From a virus, in IMG/VR virus record IMGVR_UViG_3300034062_002410, positions 21,293-85,292 of that record: DNA of 64,000 nucleotides; one strand, 5' to 3'. Numbering within the stretch: the first letter of the stretch is position 1; each line of letters starts with the position of its first letter. Below the pieces are notes generated by a model. The model was not told where the DNA came from. It did not search any database and was given only the letters and a program-made list of their open reading frames with translations. Shown here piece after piece: positions 30,448 through 38,964 of this stretch. The position numbers and the translations under genes were made by a program.

Positions 30448-31639
30448 TTGCTAAATAATTTAGAATTTTATTATAATAATGATTTTCATTCAACTTGTTA
30501 TAAATATAACAAAGTGCTGGTTTAGTAATTTTAACTTCAAAGTTATCAGTTAATGATGCATTAGTTAATATTACAGGTCTTCTAGTTTTTTTAAATAAAA
30601 CATACTTACCTTCAATTTTATATTTCAAATCTACTGAACCAAGTTTGTTTACTACTTCTCCATTAGAATAGATAATAAAACTAAATGGATAACTTGAAAA
30701 AGAAAAACCAGCTGAAATAAGTAACCCAACTAAAATCTTTTCAAAATAATCATCTTTAAATACTAATTCATTATTAATTAAGAAAATAGCATTCTCTTTA
30801 ACTAGTCCATCTATTAATAAATAAAGATACTTATTGTCAAAACTCCTAGTAATGTACTTAGTCAAATTAAACAATTCAATTACTGATGATTTAACTACTG
30901 TATTATCTGTAAGATATGACATTTTGATATATGGACCACCCTCTAATGACTCATACTGCAAATATGCTTTAAGATTGAGAAGAAATAAGTTAAATACATT
31001 TGGTATTTCTTCTTTATTCTTATTCAATATTTGTTCATATAACATCATCATTGACATAGTAATATCAGTACCTGAACCTAAACAAAAATTAGTAAAACCA
31101 ACTGTAGCAGAAGAAGGTAAATGAGAATGACTATAATTCTTTTCAAGTTGTAATTCTGTAAAACTACCTCTCCTACCTAATAATCCTTTGTTATGTATAT
31201 CACCTTGTTGAGTAATATGAAATTGTACATACATATCTGTTATGTGAATAGACCTATTAAGTTTATTAGTAACTTTTAATTCAGGATAATGTATTACAAC
31301 AGTTAATCTAGGATAATAATGCATTATTTCAAAGTATAAATCACCATTATATGTAGTATTTATATATTCAAAATAGTTAAATGGAATTTTAGCATTAGTT
31401 TGATGATTTAAAATTCCAAAAGTATCAGATAATGCATGTACATTACAATCATAAGATAAATATATATCATAATCATATCCTTGTTTGTCTAACTCAGTTT
31501 TAATGATATTGTAAAACCAAAATATGCTTGATAAATTTTTATTTAATGTTTTGTAATACAGCAAGTTATTGATTCTGTTTAAATCTACATTACGTTTTTG
31601 ATTATTTTGATTATAAAACAATGATGCTATTCCTAACAT
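30416..31639 (-). CDS. Prokaryotic E2-like conjugating enzyme candidate
   Basis: YSHSHLPS...FTNFCLGSG (His motif, then catalytic Cys at 31082-31084), followed by helices and ESLEGGPY; lies between the Ubl and JAB genes. Confidence 0.65.
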   Translation of the reverse strand: MLGIASLFYNQNNQKRNVDLNRINNLLYYKTLNKNLSSIFWFYNIIKTELDKQGYDYDIYLSYDCNVHALSDTFGILNHQTNAKIPFNYFEYINTTYNGDLYFEIMHYYPRLTVVIHYPELKVTNKLNRSIHITDMYVQFHITQQGDIHNKGLLGRRGSFTELQLEKNYSHSHLPSSATVGFTNFCLGSGTDITMSMMMLYEQILNKNKEEIPNVFNLFLLNLKAYLQYESLEGGPYIKMSYLTDNTVVKSSVIELFNLTKYITRSFDNKYLYLLIDGLVKENAIFLINNELVFKDDYFEKILVGLLISAGFSFSSYPFSFIIYSNGEVVNKLGSVDLKYKIEGKYVLFKKTRRPVILTNASLTDNFEVKITKPALCYIYNKLNENHYYNKILNYLANEKYKKVETV

Positions 31640-31652
31640 ATAGATATAAATT

Positions 31653-31683
31653 AAAAAGAGCCTGATTGTTAGTCAGGCTCTTT
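31653..31683 (-). terminator. Intrinsic terminator between the Ubl and E2 genes
   Basis: Minus strand AAAGAGCCTGA-CTAACAA-TCAGGCTCTTTTT. Confidence 0.8.
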
Positions 31684-31697
31684 AGTTAGAAAATAAT

Positions 31698-32345
31698 TTA
31701 AATCTTTCCTTTCATCTTACTAATCCACTCATTTTCTGCATCTGTAAGTAAATCTGACTTTGTATTCATAGACTCACAAATAGTAGCAGCAGATACATGA
31801 CCATTAATAAGGTCAAATGCAAGTTCAAAATCATCTTTTCTTGCTTTATACTCATTACTAAAACGTAATGTATTTATAGCAGATTCTAAAAGGTGAGATT
31901 CATCTTCTTCATCCTCATTGTCATAATTATCTTCAACATACTCTTCTTCATAATCATCATCTTCACTTTCATTTTTCCAAGATAACAAAAGAGCTTCTAA
32001 CTCATCTTTAGATTTGTTAGTGTAGTTTTTGTTACCTGCATTAAAATGCTCGTGTGCAGCTTTTTTGTCATCTTCAAATGCTTGTTTGATTTGTAGTCTT
32101 ATCTCACTATAAGATAATCCACCACTCTTAGTTTTCTTAGGAGCTAGCATTAGTACAAATTCGCCATCAGGAAGAACAGCTTCATCTAACTCTAAGTTAG
32201 AATTGTTTTTGTTCTCTACTGCTGTCATATCAGATACTGAATAACCTTTATTAGTCAATTCATTTTTAAGTTGACCCCAGTTAGTTGCATTAGAGTCTAC
32301 TACTGCGATACCTGTTGCAGTAGAATAAATTTTAATTTTTCTCAT
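31698..32345 (-). CDS. Ubiquitin-like (beta-grasp) precursor: Ubl residues 1-76 ending KTKSGG plus a 139-aa extension
   Basis: Strand-strand-helix-strand pattern (RKIKIY / VVDS / TNWGQLKNEL / FVLMLAP); Gly75-Gly76 at 32118-32123. Confidence 0.7.
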   Translation of the reverse strand: MRKIKIYSTATGIAVVDSNATNWGQLKNELTNKGYSVSDMTAVENKNNSNLELDEAVLPDGEFVLMLAPKKTKSGGLSYSEIRLQIKQAFEDDKKAAHEHFNAGNKNYTNKSKDELEALLLSWKNESEDDDYEEEYVEDNYDNEDEEDESHLLESAINTLRFSNEYKARKDDFELAFDLINGHVSAATICESMNTKSDLLTDAENEWISKMKGKI

Positions 32346-32357
32346 TGTCTTAATAGT

Positions 32358-33332
32358 TTAAAATAAAAAATTGATTAATTCTTGTTTTTTTCCTGCTTTA
32401 ATAATGTCTGCAGGATCTTTTTCATCAAATGGTAATACTACACTTATAGCTTTAGAACTATAATGATTGTTAATATATTTTACTACTTTGTTAGATGCAG
32501 GTATACCAGCTTTATCATTGTCAAATAATACTATTACTTGATTAAATACTGAAATATACATTGATAATATTGATATATCAGGTAACATACCTTCATTTTG
32601 AAAATATATAGCATCTTTACCAAGATTAGTTAACACTCTCCAATCTTTATAACTCTTAGTTATATATAATGTATCACCTACAAATGGAAGATTCTTTGTA
32701 CCACCAATAGTATTTTTAGTAGTATTAGTTATCCATTTATATTCTTTAGATTTTGGCTTACATATTTTAATACCTTCACTTTTATATGAAATAGTGTAGG
32801 TAGTTTCTTGTGGAAAAGGTGTAAATATGTTTCCATTAACTTTAAACCATTTGGTAGCAAATATATTATCTGCTATAAGTTGGGAACTTGTTATCTCATA
32901 TTGTGACCAATATGTTTTATGATAATCATCAAATGGCTTAGGACAAAACTCTAACAATTTAGATGAAGATGTGGTAGATACAATGGATTGTGATTGTGAT
33001 TTATAATCTACATATTCTGATTTACCTTTAAATGAATTGTTATCCATTATATAAGTTATAGCATCTTTTAATGATAAGTTATAATACTCTTGTATTATAC
33101 CAATAGCATCTAAATTTACTACACCATAAGTACTTGCAAAATCAGTAAAATATAATTTACCATTTCTCCATTGTATCCAACATCCAGGGCTATCATCAAT
33201 TCTAAAAGGACTTTTTATATATACATTAGTTTCAAATTGACCAAAAACATGATTAAATATTTGTTCTTGGTTAATGTATTTAAATACATCTTCTATTGAT
33301 GAAAATGTAAAATCATCTTGATAGCCATACAT
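32358..33332 (-). CDS. dnaG: DNA primase (crAss-type, TOPRIM)
   Basis: SPFRIDDSPGC, FTDF, ITKSYKD, QNEG, LFDNDKAG, KDPAD. Confidence 0.85.
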   Translation of the reverse strand: MYGYQDDFTFSSIEDVFKYINQEQIFNHVFGQFETNVYIKSPFRIDDSPGCWIQWRNGKLYFTDFASTYGVVNLDAIGIIQEYYNLSLKDAITYIMDNNSFKGKSEYVDYKSQSQSIVSTTSSSKLLEFCPKPFDDYHKTYWSQYEITSSQLIADNIFATKWFKVNGNIFTPFPQETTYTISYKSEGIKICKPKSKEYKWITNTTKNTIGGTKNLPFVGDTLYITKSYKDWRVLTNLGKDAIYFQNEGMLPDISILSMYISVFNQVIVLFDNDKAGIPASNKVVKYINNHYSSKAISVVLPFDEKDPADIIKAGKKQELINFLF

Positions 33333-33359
33333 GGGTTAATGTTTATTGGTTAAATAAAA

Positions 33360-34145
33360 CTAGTCCCAAGAACTTTGAATTGGTTCTGTTCCATCAGTAG
33401 CTTTAGCAAAATTAGAAGTCATAAACCAATCAGTTCTTGTTACTGGGTGAAGTACAAAGTTACCATTATCTTCTTTTACATAAATCAAACCTTTATTAGA
33501 ATCTACTGTTATAGTAGCATCTCCAATACTAAGATTAAATTTCTTAGCTCCACCATTAGTTACAGGATAATCTGTACCTCTAAATGTAAAAGTCATAGCT
33601 TTACCATCAATAGTGATAGGCTCATAGTTACCTTCTTCAGCAAATACAAATACTTTACCTTGTTTTACATTAGATGGGATTTCTACATACTTAGTACCAT
33701 TGTCATTCTTAGAAGTCCATTGATATTGACAAAATACATCTAAGTTAATAGAACTAAAATCAGTAGGTAATAACTTAGCAAGAGCATTACAGTAAGATTT
33801 AAAGTTAGATACTCCCAATAATCCTTGTTTTAAATCTTCTTCAGTTATAAAACATTTCATTAATTGAGAAATCTTAGCATTAAATTCATTAAATGCAGCT
33901 CTCATTTCATTACTGCGAGGGTCAGTAATTTTGTTGCCATTTTTATCAATAGCTTGAGTTACAGGAAATTGACGCCAGTTTTTAACTGCTCCTCCTGAAA
34001 ATTCAAATGCAATATCAATACATTCCTGAGCAGCACCATCTTTGCCACCATTAGGATTAAACTCAAACTTCGTCATCTTAACTCCTTGGTTAAGACCAAA
34101 ATTCATTGAACTTGATGATTTCTCATCATTTGCATATCCATACAT
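33360..34145 (-). CDS. Replication-module protein, possible single-stranded DNA-binding protein
   Basis: Lies between the AAA ATPase and primase; beta-rich, with an aromatic/acidic C-terminus (SSWD). Confidence 0.4.
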   Translation of the reverse strand: MYGYANDEKSSSSMNFGLNQGVKMTKFEFNPNGGKDGAAQECIDIAFEFSGGAVKNWRQFPVTQAIDKNGNKITDPRSNEMRAAFNEFNAKISQLMKCFITEEDLKQGLLGVSNFKSYCNALAKLLPTDFSSINLDVFCQYQWTSKNDNGTKYVEIPSNVKQGKVFVFAEEGNYEPITIDGKAMTFTFRGTDYPVTNGGAKKFNLSIGDATITVDSNKGLIYVKEDNGNFVLHPVTRTDWFMTSNFAKATDGTEPIQSSWD

Positions 34146-34203
34146 AATTATAAGATTTACTTATTATAAAGGGTTATAAAATTACAAATTAATATTTAAA
34201 AGA

Positions 34204-34229
34204 AAAAGGGAAAAGGGTTACTTTTCCCT
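34204..34229 (-). terminator. Intrinsic terminator
   Basis: AGGGAAAAG...CTTTTCCCT hairpin followed by a T-run on the minus strand. Confidence 0.65.
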
Positions 34230-34237
34230 ATTATTCT

Positions 34238-34522
34238 TTATTCGAATACAGCTAATGTAGAATCTATTACTGGTGTTTCTTCTACATTTTCTACAGGATT
34301 AGTGATTTCACTAATTACCTTTTGAGTTACAATTACTTCTTGAGTAACATCATCCAACAAATCAATAGGTTGTTCTACTTTTTTAGTCTTTCTACCTTTA
34401 AGAAGTGGGTGATTAAATACAGATTTAAGTTGAGCAGTACTAAGGTTGTACTTTTCCTTAATCTGTTGTCTTGTTTGACCATTAGTTAGGTCATTGAGGA
34501 TTTCTGAAATTTTGATTTGCAT
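34238..34522 (-). CDS. Small HTH-like protein
   Basis: LTNGQTRQQIKEKYNLSTAQLKSVF. Confidence 0.55.
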   Translation of the reverse strand: MQIKISEILNDLTNGQTRQQIKEKYNLSTAQLKSVFNHPLLKGRKTKKVEQPIDLLDDVTQEVIVTQKVISEITNPVENVEETPVIDSTLAVFE

Positions 34523-34623
34523 TGTTTAAAAAATTAAAATAGTTAAAAAATTATTGTTTAGTTGGTTGTACACTATATACTAGTGTATATTGTTTCTTTT
34601 CAATTTTGACTCTTGGTCTTTTC

Positions 34624-35328
34624 TTATTCTCCTTCATAATATTTGTTTACTTGTTTAATTACATAACCTAAGTCATTTGGAATATAGAGTGAAAACATAC
34701 CTGCTGCAGATTTAGCAGGATATCTACCATCAAAGTTTGTGACAAATTGCTTAATAGCTTTTTTATTCTTTGAATCAAAATCTTGAGTGCCATAAAGGAC
34801 AATGTCAAACTTACCCTCTAATGAAATATATTGGTCAATCATTTTGCCAACAGTTTTGGCTTTATATGAAGTACCAAAAGTATTTTGAATTTCCTCAGGA
34901 TGAGTAAGCACTATTACATTGCCTTTAAACTTCTGTATTGCTTTAAAGATTTGACCAATGAAATAGCCAATGTCAGAAAATTTATCAAAGCCACTAGTCT
35001 TGGCTTTATCCATATAATAATCTGCCATTAGATATTGAAAATCATCAATTACTAAGTTCTTAATCTCAGGTTTTTTATCATTAAGAATACCAATAAGACC
35101 TGCTATTGCCATACCATCATTAGTATCTACATAATTACCAGTAGATAAATCTTTACCTTCTATTGCTTTATAAAGTTTCTTCCAACCTCTTGATGGAAAA
35201 TCTTTACCACTTACATTTACAATAAAAGTTTCTTTAGGGTCTAAACCCTTAATTCCAAGTTCCTCACTTGGGCAGATAGCAGTACTTTTGCCGAAACCTG
35301 ATTCAGCAATTACCATAATTTTTGCCAT
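34624..35328 (-). CDS. AAA_24/Sak4-like P-loop ATPase
   Basis: AESGFGKST, VIDDFQY, LTH, KTVGKMID, AKS. Confidence 0.85.
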   Translation of the reverse strand: MAKIMVIAESGFGKSTAICPSEELGIKGLDPKETFIVNVSGKDFPSRGWKKLYKAIEGKDLSTGNYVDTNDGMAIAGLIGILNDKKPEIKNLVIDDFQYLMADYYMDKAKTSGFDKFSDIGYFIGQIFKAIQKFKGNVIVLTHPEEIQNTFGTSYKAKTVGKMIDQYISLEGKFDIVLYGTQDFDSKNKKAIKQFVTNFDGRYPAKSAAGMFSLYIPNDLGYVIKQVNKYYEGE

Positions 35329-35344
35329 TGTTTTGTTTTTAAAA

Positions 35345-35596
35345 TTAAGATTTGAAATAGAGTTCTCCTGGTCTTAAATAACCATTTGAGTTTTGATTTT
35401 CTACAATAGTAATCATCAGACCTCTTTTTAATCCATCAAGATAATATGGTGCATACTCATCTTGAGATTTTTCAAGTTCATTCATTACTTTAGAAGAATC
35501 TACTACTGTACATCCATAAATAGGTGTATGAGTAAATGCTATTCTGATATTAGAATCAGAAATTAAATTGCGATAATAACCTTTTGGTGCTGTCAT
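35345..35596 (-). CDS. Hypothetical protein
   Basis: ORF track. Confidence 0.65.
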   Translation of the reverse strand: MTAPKGYYRNLISDSNIRIAFTHTPIYGCTVVDSSKVMNELEKSQDEYAPYYLDGLKRGLMITIVENQNSNGYLRPGELYFKS

Positions 35597-35598
35597 AA

Positions 35599-36693
35599 TT
35601 AAATTGATTTAAAATGTTTAATATTACCATACATTTGTACTCCCAAATGCATTGGACACTCAGTATCACGAGATTCTACTAAGTGTATTGACCTATAATT
35701 TGGATATTCATGTAATGGATAACCAAAATGAACTGATAATCCATATTTCTCATCAGTAGGATTAAAAAGAGTTAGTAGGTAATCACATTCTTCTGATAAA
35801 TTACCTGAATCTTTTACATCCTCACCTGTAGGATATATGTACTCACCATTGAATTTTAATCTTTCTATATTAGATATAGACCTGTTTAGATGCACAATAT
35901 GTACAAATGTAAAATGACAGAAGTTTCTGAGTTCTACTGTGTATTCTATCCATTTGTCCATATTCTCTTTCATACTGTAACCTCTTTCTCTCTTGAGTTT
36001 ACGAATGTGGTCAGTAATGATAATAGTTCTCTTTTGCTTATTAGCAATGTTGTAACCTATCAATCTTTTCTTAGTAACTTTCTTACCTTCTTCTGTAGTT
36101 TCATAATCTTGATATACAAACTCACCATTCTTTTTAGCATAAGCAAGAATAGTATTTCTCATACCAGTAGGATTATCTCTGTCTTCTAAGAATTGTATTA
36201 TGCCTTCTTTTATCTGATGACCTCTATAGTCATATTCACCAAAGAATGGAATTATCCTATTGGTGTATATATCTTGGAGGATAGTTTTATGTTCATCAGA
36301 TAATGGAATGATATTACCTTCTCTGTCTTGTAATTTACCTAACAGATATCTACTTGACAAAGGATACTCTTCATCATTATGATAAATAGATTTTATACCA
36401 TAGTCATGATAAAAGAAGAATGATGCAAAGTCAAATTCTTTTTTGACTCTATCAATCTCATAAGAAAAATAGATTACAGTAATAGGAATGTTTTCTTTAA
36501 TACAATGTAATATAGGATGAATAACAAAACCAAAGTCTACTAATGTAGATTTACCAACTTTTGGACCAGCAGCTACACCATAAATAGCTTTCTTTTGAAC
36601 ACCATCTATTGCTCTATCCAATGGTGGTAAACCTGTTGGTAATCCTTTATTTTCTCCTTCCTGACCCTGCTTTAATGCCTCAAGGAAATTCAT
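35599..36693 (-). CDS. dnaB: DnaB-like replicative helicase
   Basis: GLPTG...LD, AGPKVGKST, YFSYEI, ITDH, HLNR, DVKDSG. Confidence 0.85.
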   Translation of the reverse strand: MNFLEALKQGQEGENKGLPTGLPPLDRAIDGVQKKAIYGVAAGPKVGKSTLVDFGFVIHPILHCIKENIPITVIYFSYEIDRVKKEFDFASFFFYHDYGIKSIYHNDEEYPLSSRYLLGKLQDREGNIIPLSDEHKTILQDIYTNRIIPFFGEYDYRGHQIKEGIIQFLEDRDNPTGMRNTILAYAKKNGEFVYQDYETTEEGKKVTKKRLIGYNIANKQKRTIIITDHIRKLKRERGYSMKENMDKWIEYTVELRNFCHFTFVHIVHLNRSISNIERLKFNGEYIYPTGEDVKDSGNLSEECDYLLTLFNPTDEKYGLSVHFGYPLHEYPNYRSIHLVESRDTECPMHLGVQMYGNIKHFKSI

Positions 36694-37226
36694 TATTTCA
36701 TGAGTTTATTATTGGGGTCAATCTTGTTTTTAGATTTAGCTTCTAAAACTCTATCTACCCATTGTGAAAGCATAGACATTTTATAATTACCTTGCCCATC
36801 ATAAATGAATCTCTCAGCAGTTTTAACATACTGTGATTCTACATTTCTAAGATAAAGTGTAGTAGCTTCTAATACATCTTCTTTTCTAACATGAGGATTT
36901 TCAGAAAAGAATAATTTCATTCTCATTACACATGTTTTTTTAGAACCAGACCTTTCTTTGTTTTTAGATGCAAATAATTCTCTATACTGATTAACCCATT
37001 CCCATACTGAATCTACATTTTGACCATCATAGAGAGGTAAATGCCATTCTATAGTATTTGTTTTGTAATCTCTTTCAACTATTCCAAGATTATTTACAGT
37101 TCTTATAGTTTTTTCAGATATACAAGTAGATTCAATATTGTGAAATATAGATAAAAGATAAAGTACACCTTCACTTTCTACATCATGCTCTTCAAGTAGT
37201 TTAAATATTTCTTGATTAATTTTCAT
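36693..37226 (-). CDS. Hypothetical protein (possible helicase loader/initiator)
   Basis: Translationally coupled to dnaB. Confidence 0.6.
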   Translation of the reverse strand: MKINQEIFKLLEEHDVESEGVLYLLSIFHNIESTCISEKTIRTVNNLGIVERDYKTNTIEWHLPLYDGQNVDSVWEWVNQYRELFASKNKERSGSKKTCVMRMKLFFSENPHVRKEDVLEATTLYLRNVESQYVKTAERFIYDGQGNYKMSMLSQWVDRVLEAKSKNKIDPNNKLMK

Positions 37227-37572
37227 GCTCTAAGTTTTTAAAAGATTGTATAACTAATTTATTTATTTCTTGTGACATCCAATCTATTTGATTTTCAGGA
37301 ACATAGGACAATAAAGCAAATACTTCAGCCATTAATCCTATACTATCAAATGTATAAGAATGTAATAATTCTTTATCTGCTGCAGTTGCTGAATTAGAAA
37401 TTGTATACATAAAATTTCTAATATTACTCCTAATATTTAAAAATCTTACTTTGTTTTGTCCCTTCATTTTATCAGGTTCTAATTCAGCAATAGCATATAA
37501 AGTACCATTTAACATAGTTAAAAGTAAATAAATCTTACTTGCTGTGACTGTATCTAAATTCTCAATTCGCAT
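37216..37572 (-). CDS. Hypothetical protein
   Basis: ORF track. Confidence 0.65.
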   Translation of the reverse strand: MRIENLDTVTASKIYLLLTMLNGTLYAIAELEPDKMKGQNKVRFLNIRSNIRNFMYTISNSATAADKELLHSYTFDSIGLMAEVFALLSYVPENQIDWMSQEINKLVIQSFKNLEHEN

Positions 37573-37876
37573 ACTCTTGTTTTTTAATTAAAATGTCATA
37601 ATCTAATTGGAATTCTTTAGTTTCATTTTTACTTTTTACCATTTCTATAAGCTTCTTATAGTTTTCTTCAGTAAAAGCAAATCTTTTAGCTAAAAAGAAC
37701 TTATAAGGATAACATGTTGCATCTAAAGTTATTTCAGCTAATGTTACCCCTAACTCATTTTGTGGCAATACAGTAACAACATCAATAATATGATATTCTT
37801 GCTCTTCCTTAATCCATTTACTTAAAGGAAAATCTGAAGGTTTTCCTTTATCATCAATACAAATACATAGTATCAT
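37562..37876 (-). CDS. Hypothetical protein
   Basis: ORF track; N-terminal CICIDD. Confidence 0.65.
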   Translation of the reverse strand: MILCICIDDKGKPSDFPLSKWIKEEQEYHIIDVVTVLPQNELGVTLAEITLDATCYPYKFFLAKRFAFTEENYKKLIEMVKSKNETKEFQLDYDILIKKQEYAN

Positions 37877-38964
37877 AATGATAAGATTTTAATTTTATCA
37901 GGGTCTAATCCTTCTAATGCTTTTTTAATCCACTCTTCATCAACAGTATTTGCATAATAGGTAATGAATATTTGAGCAATAGCATCATCTTCCATATTAC
38001 ACATTCTCATAACTTTTTGGATAGCAGATTCTTCAGAACTTTTCATCTGATGAAATATGCCAACTTTAAGATTAGGGAATGTGATGCCCATATTAGTCAT
38101 CTCACATACTGCAAGCTTATTTATTGTACCTGACATAAAAGATTCTAATACTTCAGGAGTAGATTTAGAATGGTAACCTGAACCTAATTGGTCAGCAATT
38201 TCTGTTCTTGCAGTAAATATTAAGCATCTGTCAAATTTAGCAATAATTTTTGATACTGCTTCTAATTTTGTTTTAGAATTATAAATTAAATTAGCTCTTT
38301 TAGAAGCATATTGCATTTTAACTGCATTCATTTTAGGATTATTCCATGCTGCTCTTTTAAATTTAGTAAATTGTTCTGTAAGATATTGATAATTAAGATA
38401 TTCTGTAGTTTTAAATGTAGTAGTTTTATTACCTGCATCTATATATTTATCTTTATTGTCAAGAGTTACAGGAACTAAATTAATTTCATAGTTAGCAACA
38501 ATACCATCTTTAACAGCTTCTTCTAAAGTATATTTAAAGATAGTTTTTAATCCTAATTCTTGTCGCAATTGTTTTTCAGTTTCTTTAGAAATAGAACCTG
38601 ATACACCTAATATAGGACCATCAAAATTTTGTAATACTTGTATTTGAGCATTAGATAATGTATGTATCTCATCACAAATAATAATGTCATACATATTTAA
38701 ATCACTTTCTTTAGCTAAACTTCTTTGATTTATGATAGCTATTGGAATATTTACACCCCATTTGTTTAATTCTGTTGTCCAGGATTCTTGAATAGAATTA
38801 TATGGTACAGTAATAAGTATTGTCTGAGGAACTTTAAATATTTTAATAGCATCACATACAATTTTAGATTTACCAACTCTTGGTGCAACATTAATAATAC
38901 CTCTAAAATTATGAAGGTGTATCTTCTGTGTTGCTTGCTGCTGTATTTGATTTCTCAACTCCAT
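37873..38964 (-). CDS. SF2 (DExH) helicase
   Basis: APRVGKS, CDEIH, SGS, GITFPNL, QKVMR. Confidence 0.85.
   Translation of the reverse strand: MELRNQIQQQATQKIHLHNFRGIINVAPRVGKSKIVCDAIKIFKVPQTILITVPYNSIQESWTTELNKWGVNIPIAIINQRSLAKESDLNMYDIIICDEIHTLSNAQIQVLQNFDGPILGVSGSISKETEKQLRQELGLKTIFKYTLEEAVKDGIVANYEINLVPVTLDNKDKYIDAGNKTTTFKTTEYLNYQYLTEQFTKFKRAAWNNPKMNAVKMQYASKRANLIYNSKTKLEAVSKIIAKFDRCLIFTARTEIADQLGSGYHSKSTPEVLESFMSGTINKLAVCEMTNMGITFPNLKVGIFHQMKSSEESAIQKVMRMCNMEDDAIAQIFITYYANTVDEEWIKKALEGLDPDKIKILSL

Noticed and set aside
34569-34638. 21-aa ORF MKENKKRPRVKIEKETIYTSI and a TACACTA/TAGTGTA hairpin after the AAA gene
   Set aside because: Too short and overlapping to support from sequence alone
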